From: an uncultured Polyangiaceae bacterium
Lineage (GTDB): Bacteria; Myxococcota_A; Polyangia; Polyangiales; Polyangiaceae
DNA: 14,848 nt
Assembly (NCBI GenBank): GCA_964437785.1
Contig: CAYTJL010000046.1
Coordinates: forward strand, 32,439-47,286
Reading direction: 5' to 3'
The translations under genes were made by a program, and so were the position numbers. Under the pieces are notes generated by a model that did not search any database, had not been told where the DNA came from, and saw nothing but the letters and a program-made list of their open reading frames with translations. Of the stretch, positions 1 to 4,499 are shown piece after piece (the stretch's first letter is position 1; every line of letters starts with the position of its first letter).

Positions 1-1259
1 CGATCGAGCCCAAGATCCTCCACCGCCTGGTGGAGGAGCTGCCCGCGCAACGGGTGATGAAGCTCTTCGAGGGTCTGCGCGTGAGCGCGCCCGAGAGCGG
101 CGTCCGCAAGGCGAACAACGCACGTACGCGCAAGCTCATCCTGCGGACCATCCTCGGCTCGCCGCGGCTCGAGCTGTGGTCGGTCAAGTACCGCGCCAAG
201 ATCGTCTCGGCCCTGCGCCACGCGTGGGGCGAGCGGAGGCTCGGTATCGTCCGGTCGATCCTGCAAAAGCCCGATGAGGCCCGCGACGCGAAGGAGCGCG
301 CGATCTTGCGCTCGCTCATCGACAAGCACGCTCCGCTCGACCGCGAGCGGGTGTACGAGTGCGTCGCGTTCATCCTCGGGATCCGCGAGCGCGTCACCCT
401 CCCTCTGCTCCTCGGCTTCCAGCTCGCCAAGGTCGATTTGACCGCCGGCCACAAGCTGCCTCCCGAGGTCTTGGAGGGTATCCGCGGCCGTTACCACAGC
501 GGCGTCGACAAGGCAGAGGTCCTCCGCCTCACCGCAGGATCGCTCACCAAGGCACAACGGCTCACCGTCCAGAAGAGGGCGGCCGAGGCGGGCGTCGTGG
601 TGGAGATGGACCCCTCGCACTACGACGCGGTCAAGCTCTATGTCTACGCCTTCGAGAACGGGCTCACCCCCGCCATCGAGGAGGCGCTCGACAAGCGGGC
701 TCGGCGCGCGGCGGCGGCCTTCCCGGCGCGTTTTTCGCGGATTGGCATCCTCGTCGACGCGTCTCGGTCCATGATGGGCGGCGGTGATCAAAAGCTCCGT
801 CCCATGGCCATCGCGCTCGCGCTCCGCGACATGCTCATGCACGTCGCAGACGCGCGCGTGGTCTACGCGGGTGGCGAGTCGGGCGCCGTCAACGGCAGCG
901 CGAGGCTCATGCGGCCGAGCGGGGACTCCTCGCTCTCCGAGGGGCTCTTGACGCTGCTCGGCGGCGACGCCGAGGCCATCTTCGTGATCAGCGATGGTTA
1001 CGAGAACCGCCCTCGCGGCCGCTTCGCGGAGACCCTCTCCGCGGCGCGGAGCATCGGTGTGAGCACGCCCGTCTACCACCTCTCTCCGGTCTTCGCGGCC
1101 GAGTCGGGCGGCGTGCGCGCGCTCGCCGAGGGCCTCGCGCCGACCCTCCCCGCGGTAAGCCCGGAGGCGCTCGGTATCTCGATGTTGCGCGGCCTCCTCG
1201 CGGCCGATCCCATTCGTGGGCTCGTGTCGCTGGTCCACGCCGCGCTCCCCCGTGTCTAA
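1..1259 (+). CDS. vWA-domain protein with MIDAS motif, 5' end probably outside the window
   Basis: The frame is open from nt 3 through the GTG at 30, so the gene likely starts upstream. The C-terminal half has GILVDASRSM (DxSxS MIDAS) and later IFVISDGYEN, typical of a von Willebrand A fold. The N-terminal part is helical and Arg/Leu-rich. A TROVE/Ro-like relationship is possible but cannot be shown by eye. Confidence 0.6.
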   Translation, partial: IEPKILHRLVEELPAQRVMKLFEGLRVSAPESGVRKANNARTRKLILRTILGSPRLELWSVKYRAKIVSALRHAWGERRLGIVRSILQKPDEARDAKERAILRSLIDKHAPLDRERVYECVAFILGIRERVTLPLLLGFQLAKVDLTAGHKLPPEVLEGIRGRYHSGVDKAEVLRLTAGSLTKAQRLTVQKRAAEAGVVVEMDPSHYDAVKLYVYAFENGLTPAIEEALDKRARRAAAAFPARFSRIGILVDASRSMMGGGDQKLRPMAIALALRDMLMHVADARVVYAGGESGAVNGSARLMRPSGDSSLSEGLLTLLGGDAEAIFVISDGYENRPRGRFAETLSAARSIGVSTPVYHLSPVFAAESGGVRALAEGLAPTLPAVSPEALGISMLRGLLAADPIRGLVSLVHAALPRV

Positions 1260-1273
1260 AGGAGGATCAAACC

Positions 1274-2227
1274 ATGTCTCTCACCGTTCATGAGATCCTT
1301 CGGGGCACCGGCGTTGGGCACGTGCAGAGCGCGGGCCTCATGCAGGTGATCCCGATCCTCGGCGAGGATGACGACACGTTTGCTCCCCCGGAGCTCACGG
1401 TCGGCACCTCGGGATATGGCACCGTCCTTCTGCGCAACGACAGTGACCGGCCCACCATCGTCCCCACGGCGGCGGGCTGGGTCGTGGCGCAGAGGGCACA
1501 GGACCACGCGATCGGCAGCGGCGTCTTCTTGAAGCCCAAGGAGAGCCGCGCCATCGACACCGCGATGTGCGTGCAGCAAGGCCAAGGCGGATACATCGCA
1601 GAGGACAAGCACGGGATGCTCATCCTGCCTGCCGCCCTCCGGCCCAAGGCGCTCAGCGTGCGGAACGAGAAGAGCTTCAACAAGCTCTGGGCCAGCATCA
1701 CCGAGCTCAACAAGAGCGTTGGTCTCACCGAGGCTGGACATCTCGAGTACTTCCTCAAGGGCTTCCAAAAGGAGCTCGATGAGTTCGTCGCCGAGTTCGA
1801 GATCGTGCCGAAGCAACGCGGCGCGATCATCCTCATCGGCGGCGAGATCGCGGGCGTCGAGATCGCCCCTTCGAGCGCCTATTGGGAGGTCGTGTGGACC
1901 CCGCTCATCCGGGTCTGCTACGGCTCTCTCGCGGCGAGCGCGCGCAAGCGCGGCCTCCAAAGGCCACAGACCCGCGCGCCGCTGCGGCTCGTCGATCGCT
2001 CGATTGACGGCATCCGCGACGCGCTCGTTCGCGCCGAAGAGGAGGAGGGTCGCTCGGTCATGCGCACGTTCGCTGCGCTGCACGGGCTGCCCTTCGAGGT
2101 CGCCGGGGCCCCCGACGACCGCATCAACGGCATCCTGCTCACCACGGTCGCGAACGCGCGGCTCAGCGGGCAAGTCGTGAGGACCGGCTTCAAGGTCCTC
2201 TACGCCTCGCTCTGCGCGGCCGCCTGA
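1274..2227 (+). CDS. conserved hypothetical protein, coupled to the vWA gene
   Basis: AGGAGG (1260-1265) lies 8 nt before ATG 1274 and directly after the TAA of the upstream gene. The codon bias is GC3-rich. Motifs GLMQVIPILGEDD, LLRNDSDRPTIVPTAAGWVV and AMCVQQGQGGY resemble, from memory only, an uncharacterised bacterial family labelled ARPP-1-like or DUF in databases. No catalytic motif was recognised. Confidence 0.6.
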   Translation: MSLTVHEILRGTGVGHVQSAGLMQVIPILGEDDDTFAPPELTVGTSGYGTVLLRNDSDRPTIVPTAAGWVVAQRAQDHAIGSGVFLKPKESRAIDTAMCVQQGQGGYIAEDKHGMLILPAALRPKALSVRNEKSFNKLWASITELNKSVGLTEAGHLEYFLKGFQKELDEFVAEFEIVPKQRGAIILIGGEIAGVEIAPSSAYWEVVWTPLIRVCYGSLAASARKRGLQRPQTRAPLRLVDRSIDGIRDALVRAEEEEGRSVMRTFAALHGLPFEVAGAPDDRINGILLTTVANARLSGQVVRTGFKVLYASLCAAA

Positions 2228-2247
2228 CGCGACCTTCACCCCCGAGC

Positions 2248-2275
2248 CTCCCTCTCCCGCTCACGGGAGAGGGGG
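2248..2275 (+). terminator. GC-rich hairpin after the two-gene operon (terminator-like, no U-tract)
   Basis: CCCTCTCCCG (2250-2259) pairs with CGGGAGAGGG (2264-2273) around the loop CTCA. Two further pairs are possible. The hairpin starts 21 nt after the stop codon at 2225-2227. Confidence 0.45.
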
Positions 2276-2287
2276 AGTCGGGATCTC

Positions 2288-2361
2288 GTCCCTATCGGCT
2301 ACCTTGGATAGGCTTTCGGAACCTCACTCCGAAGAAGCGGGTTCGACTCCCGCTGGGGACG
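2288..2361 (+). tRNA. tRNA-Glu(CUC), C33 variant
   Basis: Acceptor GTCCCTA/TGGGGAC with one G.U pair. D-stem GGCT/GGCT (two G.U) with a 10-nt GG-containing loop. Anticodon stem TCGGA/TCCGA, loop ACCTCAC, anticodon 2323-2325. T-arm GCGGG-TTCGACT-CCCGC. Discriminator G followed by CC. The ends (GTCCC...GGGGACGCC) resemble bacterial tRNA-Glu. Confidence 0.8.
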
Positions 2362-2411
2362 CCGTTACGCCGAGCTGCCGAGAGACCTCTCGCTCGCGGC
2401 AGCTCTCCTTT

Positions 2412-2481
2412 CTCTCTGTCTCAGCGGACTGAGCACCGGGCTACGAACTCGGTTGTCGAGGTTCAACTCCTCGCAGAGAGG
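2412..2481 (+). tRNA. tRNA-Arg(ACG) with minimal D-arm
   Basis: Perfect acceptor CTCTCTG/CAGAGAG. D-arm CTCAG-CGGA-CTGAG (2420-2433), a tetraloop. Anticodon stem CCGGG/CTCGG, loop CTACGAA, anticodon 2443-2445. T-arm CGAGG-TTCAACT-CCTCG. Length 70 nt. Confidence 0.7.
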
Positions 2482-2487
2482 CTATGT

Positions 2488-2558
2488 ATCCCCGTCCCGG
2501 CGGCCCCGGGCGCGAGCCTCCGAAGCTCGTTGTTCGGGTTCGACTCCCGGCGGGGGTG
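2488..2558 (+). tRNA. tRNA-Arg(CCG) with minimal D-arm
   Basis: Acceptor ATCCCCG/CGGGGGT with one G.U. D-arm CCCGG-CGGCC-CCGGG (2496-2510). Anticodon stem CGAGC/GCTCG, loop CTCCGAA, anticodon 2520-2522. T-arm TCGGG-TTCGACT-CCCGG. Discriminator G followed by CC. Length 71 nt. Confidence 0.7.
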
Positions 2559-2568
2559 CCGTGATTTT

Positions 2569-2649
2569 GGGGCGAGCGCCGGCGCGCAGGTTGGTCTGTA
2601 AAACCGACGTCTTTGGACATGTTGGGTTCAACTCCCAGGCGCCCCACCA
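2569..2649 (+). tRNA. tRNA-Tyr(GUA), class II variable arm, minimal D-arm, CCA encoded
   Basis: Acceptor GGGGCG(A)/(G)CGCCCC. D-arm GCGC-CGGC-GCGC (2576-2587). Anticodon stem TTGGT/ACCGA, loop CTGTAAA, anticodon 2598-2600. Long variable arm GTC-TTTG-GAC (2609-2618). T-arm TTGGG-TTCAACT-CCCAG. A73 followed by CCA (2647-2649). Confidence 0.7.
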
Positions 2650-2655
2650 ACGTTA

Positions 2656-2724
2656 TGCAGGAAGGGAAGGTCCCGGCGGAGGCTCATACCCTCGGCTCTG
2701 CAAGTTCGATTCTTGCTCCTGCTA
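2656..2724 (+). tRNA. tRNA with CAU anticodon (Met or Ile2 type), minimal D-arm, U1.U72 mismatch
   Basis: Acceptor (T)GCAGGA/TCCTGC(T). D-arm GGGA-AGG-TCCC (2664-2674). Anticodon stem (G)GAGG/CCTC(G), loop CTCATAC, anticodon 2685-2687. T-arm GCAAG-TTCGATT-CTTGC. A73 followed by CC. Length 69 nt. Confidence 0.6.
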
Positions 2725-2725
2725 C

Positions 2726-2794
2726 CGCGATGACTCATGGTGAGGGGCGGCTCTCATAAGGCCGGCCGCGAGGGTTCGAATCCCTCCATCGCGA
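2726..2794 (+). tRNA. tRNA with CAU anticodon (Met or Ile2 type), minimal D-arm
   Basis: Perfect acceptor CGCGATG/CATCGCG. D-arm CTCA-TGG-TGAG (2734-2744). Anticodon stem CGGCT/GGCCG, loop CTCATAA, anticodon 2755-2757. T-arm GAGGG-TTCGAAT-CCCTC. A73 followed by CC. It starts 1 nt after the discriminator of the previous tRNA. Confidence 0.7.
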
Positions 2795-2798
2795 CCCT

Positions 2799-2875
2799 CT
2801 GGGTGTGGCTCAATTTGGTAGAGCGCCGGCGTCGGGAGCCGGAAGTTGGGGGTTCGAATCCCTCCATCCAGACCA
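2799..2875 (+). tRNA. tRNA-Pro(CGG), canonical cloverleaf, CCA encoded
   Basis: Acceptor CTGGGTG/CATCCAG. D-arm GCTC-AATTTGGTA-GAGC. Anticodon stem CCGGC/GCCGG, loop GTCGGGA (U33, G37), anticodon 2833-2835. T-arm GGGGG-TTCGAAT-CCCTC. C1-G72 and A73 as in bacterial tRNA-Pro. CCA at 2873-2875. Confidence 0.9.
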
Positions 2876-2876
2876 C

Positions 2877-2949
2877 GCGGGATGAGCGAGCTGGCGAACG
2901 CAGCGGTCCCACACACCGCCTCCGCAGGGTTCGATCCCCTGATCCCGCA
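2877..2949 (+). tRNA. tRNA-Val(CAC), C33 variant
   Basis: Perfect acceptor GCGGGAT/ATCCCGC. 3-bp D-stem GCG/CGC with a GG-containing loop. Anticodon stem GCGGT/ACCGC, loop CCCACAC, anticodon 2910-2912. T-arm CAGGG-TTCGATC-CCCTG. A73 followed by CC. Confidence 0.8.
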
Positions 2950-2962
2950 CCGAAGAACCAAC

Positions 2963-3038
2963 GGGGTATGATGGCCTGGTTGACCTGAGCTCTCCGATAA
3001 AGAGCTCGCGCCGCGTTCGATCCGCGGATACCCCACCA
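2963..3038 (+). tRNA. tRNA-Ile(GAU), C33 variant, CCA encoded
   Basis: Perfect acceptor GGGGTAT/ATACCCC. Weak D-stem with a TGGTTG loop. Anticodon stem GCTCT/AGAGC (extendable to 7 bp), loop CCGATAA, anticodon 2996-2998. T-arm CCGCG-TTCGATC-CGCGG. A73 followed by CCA (3036-3038). Confidence 0.8.
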
Positions 3039-3045
3039 TCACGAT

Positions 3046-3118
3046 GCGGGGCTCGCTCTCTGGCGAGAGCACCGGCGCGACGAGCCGGCCGAGGTGGGTT
3101 CGATCCCCACGCCCCGCA
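3046..3118 (+). tRNA. tRNA-Val(GAC), C33 variant
   Basis: Perfect acceptor GCGGGGC/GCCCCGC. D-arm GCTC-TCTGGCGA-GAGC. Anticodon stem CCGGC/GCCGG, loop GCGACGA, anticodon 3079-3081. T-arm GTGGG-TTCGATC-CCCAC. A73 followed by CC. Confidence 0.8.
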
Positions 3119-3123
3119 CCCAT

Positions 3124-3200
3124 GTCCATGTGGCGAAACTGGCAACCGCAACGGTCTCAGAAACCGTGATTTGAGGGTTCGAATCCCTCCGTGGACACCA
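3124..3200 (+). tRNA. tRNA-Leu(CAG) with short (5-nt) variable region, CCA encoded
   Basis: Acceptor GTCCATG/CGTGGAC with one G.U. Leu-type D-arm GCG-AAACTGGCAAC-CGC. Anticodon stem ACGGT/ACCGT, loop CTCAGAA, anticodon 3158-3160. Variable region GATTT only. T-arm GAGGG-TTCGAAT-CCCTC. A73 followed by CCA. Confidence 0.8.
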
Positions 3201-3223
3201 ACGCATCCATCATCGTCTCTCGC

Positions 3224-3298
3224 GTCCGTGTGGCGAAATTGGCAAACGCAGCGGCCTCAAACCCCGCCAATATGAGGGTTCGACTCCCTCCATGGACA
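3224..3298 (+). tRNA. tRNA-Leu(CAA) with short variable region
   Basis: Close paralog of the previous gene. Acceptor GTCCGTG/CATGGAC with one G.U. D-arm GCG-AAATTGGCAAA-CGC. Anticodon stem GCGG(C)/(C)CCGC with a C.C at 31:39, loop CTCAAAC, anticodon 3258-3260. 6-nt variable region. T-arm GAGGG-TTCGACT-CCCTC. A73 followed by CC. Confidence 0.75.
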
Positions 3299-3311
3299 CC
3301 CGCAATTTTAC

Positions 3312-3396
3312 GTCACCGTGGCGGAATTTGGCATACGCGACGGCCTGAGAAGCCGTGCCCGAAATGGGTATGTGGGTTCGACCCCCACCGGTGACA
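3312..3396 (+). tRNA. tRNA-Leu(GAG), canonical class II with long variable arm
   Basis: Perfect acceptor GTCACCG/CGGTGAC. D-arm GCG-GAATTTGGCATA-CGC. Anticodon stem ACGGC/GCCGT, loop CTGAGAA, anticodon 3347-3349. 15-nt variable arm CCC-GAAAT-GGG. T-arm GTGGG-TTCGACC-CCCAC. A73 followed by CC. Length 85 nt. Confidence 0.88.
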
Positions 3397-3471
3397 CCGC
3401 GCGAAGCAGCGCCCTTTGGAGAAAAACAAGCCATGAAAAAGAAGAGGTAGAGGTCAATAAACCTCGAGGAG

Positions 3472-3999
3472 ATGGAGAGTATGAGCGCGCAGACATTGCT
3501 CCTGACACCGTGGATGATGCCCCACAAGGTCATCTCCTGGCAGACCGCCGTCACCATGACATTTTTGGGGAAGGTCGAGGTCATCGCCGAATACGACGAG
3601 GCCATCTGCTCCCCCAGCACCAGCATCCGCACGCCGTCCGTCGTCCGGCTCAAGAGGCCGCTCGGCGACATGAAGCGTGGAGTCAAGTTCTCCCGCGTCA
3701 ACGTCTTCGTGCGCGACGGGTTCCGGTGCCAATACTGCGGTGACAAAAAGCGTGTCTCCGAGCTCAACTACGACCACGTCGTGCCCCGCGTGCAAGGCGG
3801 AAGGACCATCTGGGAGAACATCGTGACCTCCTGCTACGGCTGCAACTCTCGCAAGAGGGGCCGCACCCCGGAGCAGGCAGGAATGATGCTCCTCCGCAAG
3901 CCGGTCAAGCCGAAGTGGCTCCCGATGACCCCCGTCCTCCCACGGCACGGCAACGTGCCGGACGCGTGGGCCTCCTACTGCGCGGGCATGCTCCAGTGA
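3472..3999 (+). CDS. HNH endonuclease (small stand-alone HNH/McrA-like family)
   Basis: CQYCG...LNYDHVVPRVQGG...WENIVTSCYGCNSRK is a classic CxxC-H-N-CxxC HNH zinc-finger nuclease motif. The alternative start ATG 3481 has better spacing to GAGGAG at 3466-3471. The gene sits inside the tRNA array on the same strand. Confidence 0.88.
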   Translation: MESMSAQTLLLTPWMMPHKVISWQTAVTMTFLGKVEVIAEYDEAICSPSTSIRTPSVVRLKRPLGDMKRGVKFSRVNVFVRDGFRCQYCGDKKRVSELNYDHVVPRVQGGRTIWENIVTSCYGCNSRKRGRTPEQAGMMLLRKPVKPKWLPMTPVLPRHGNVPDAWASYCAGMLQ

Positions 4000-4015
4000 C
4001 CCGCGGCTCAAAAGC

Positions 4016-4053
4016 ACCTCGCTCGCCCCTCCCCAACGAGGGGCGAGCGGGGT
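4016..4053 (+). terminator. strong GC hairpin downstream of the HNH gene (terminator or processing structure)
   Basis: CGCTCGCCCCTC (4020-4031) pairs perfectly with GAGGGGCGAGCG (4038-4049) around the loop CCCAAC. The stem is extendable to about 16 bp. A T5 run lies at 4068-4072, 18 nt further on and not adjacent. Confidence 0.5.
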
Positions 4054-4072
4054 CGCCTCTCAACATCTTTTT

Positions 4073-4160
4073 AGAAGGTGAACCGGCCGGGGCGCCGGGC
4101 CTGTCTGGAACACAGCGCGAACGGCGATGACCGTTTGAGGATCGAGACCTCCGCCTTCTG
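4073..4160 (+). tRNA. tRNA-Ser(GGA), 8/4 (Sec/allo-tRNA-like) architecture
   Basis: 8-bp acceptor AGAAGGTG/CGCCTTCT with one G.U. Linker AA. 5-bp D-stem CCGGC/GCCGG with a 6-nt loop. Anticodon stem CTGT/ACAG, loop CTGGAAC, anticodon 4107-4109. Variable arm AACGG-CGATGA-CCGTT. 4-bp T-stem GAGG/CCTC with loop ATCGAGA. G73 followed by CC. Confidence 0.75.
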
Positions 4161-4205
4161 CCCGTCCTTACGAATGGGACCCCATCGTGAATCAGCGTCG
4201 GAATT

Positions 4206-4292
4206 GGAAGCGTGAATCGGCCGGGGCGCCGAGCCCGCCTTGAAAGCGGTGCGCACCCTTCGGGGTGTGGGGATCGAGACCTCCACCTTCCA
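4206..4292 (+). tRNA. tRNA-Ser(UGA), 8/4-like architecture
   Basis: Acceptor GGAAG(C)GTG/CACCTTCC, 8 bp plus one bulged C. D-stem TCGGC/GCCGA. Anticodon stem CCGC/GCGG, loop CTTGAAA, anticodon 4241-4243. Variable arm CACCC-TTCG-GGGTG. T-stem GGGG/CCTC with loop ATCGAGA. A73 followed by CC. Confidence 0.72.
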
Positions 4293-4316
4293 CCCCTCGT
4301 TTTTTACTGAACCTTT

Positions 4317-4404
4317 GGAAGCGTGAATCGGCCGGGGAGCCGAGCCTGCCTCGAAAGCAGTGCGCACCCCTTCGGGGTGTGGGGATCGAGACCTCCACCT
4401 TCCG
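4317..4404 (+). tRNA. tRNA-Ser(CGA), 8/4-like architecture
   Basis: Near-duplicate of the 4206-4292 gene. Same acceptor with a bulged C. D-stem TCGGC/GCCGA. Anticodon stem CTGC/GCAG, loop CTCGAAA, anticodon 4352-4354. Variable arm with a TTCG-type loop. T-stem GGGG/CCTC with loop ATCGAGA. G73 followed by CC. Confidence 0.72.
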
Positions 4405-4409
4405 CCTCT

Positions 4410-4494
4410 GGAAGCTGAATCGGCGGCGGCGCCGAGCCCGGCTGCTAACCGGTGTGTGCCTCATCGGCATGGTGTTCGACTCACCCTGCTTCCG
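4410..4494 (+). tRNA. tRNA-Ser(GCU), 8/4 architecture with 6-bp D-stem and tetraloop
   Basis: Acceptor GGAAGCTG/CTGCTTCC, 8 positions with one T.T. D-arm TCGGCG-GCGG-CGCCGA. Anticodon stem CCGG/CCGG, loop CTGCTAA, anticodon 4444-4446. Variable arm TGCC-TCATC-GGCA. 4-bp T-stem GGTG/CACC with canonical loop TTCGACT. G73 followed by CC. Confidence 0.75.
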
Positions 4495-4499
4495 CCTCT

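Noticed and set aside
1256-2239. 327-aa ORF on the minus strand fully antisense to the 1274-2227 gene, plus nested ORFs 1288-1836, 1567-1782, 1719-2180 and 1918-2193
   Set aside because: The compositions are Arg/Ala/Asp/Glu-rich or Ser/Arg-rich, typical of out-of-frame and antisense reading of GC3-rich genes. The plus-strand ORF has a perfect SD and protein-like sequence.
2656-2794. Initiator tRNA-fMet assignment for either CAU tRNA
   Set aside because: Neither has the C1xA72 mismatch or the three consecutive G-C pairs at the bottom of the anticodon stem. Identity is left open (Met or Ile2).
3433-3450. Mini-ORF ATGAAAAAGAAGAGGTAG (MKKKR) in the AT-rich spacer upstream of the HNH gene, possibly a leader peptide
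   Set aside because: It has five codons, no SD and no attenuator-like alternative structures that I could find. It is most likely a chance ORF.
4068-4305. T-runs (T5 at 4068-4072, T6 at 4300-4305), unusual for this GC content, considered as intrinsic terminators inside the Ser tRNA block
   Set aside because: Neither is immediately preceded by a dedicated hairpin. The 4016-4053 stem is 14 nt away from the first run, and the second follows only the tRNA acceptor stem. They could equally be processing or spacer sequence and cannot be decided from sequence alone.
4073-4496. Four repeats of about 88 nt that at first looked like a CRISPR, REP or minisatellite array
   Set aside because: The units are unequal and have no constant spacer architecture. 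Each folds into a cloverleaf with a different serine anticodon, so they are tRNA paralogs and not CRISPR repeats.
4410-4496. Possible selenocysteine tRNA (selC): GGAAG...CTTCCGCC ends, long D-stem with tetraloop, long variable arm
   Set aside because: The anticodon is GCU, not UCA. The T-stem is 4 bp rather than 5 bp. Three sister genes carry the other Ser anticodons. This is a Sec-like architecture, not selC.
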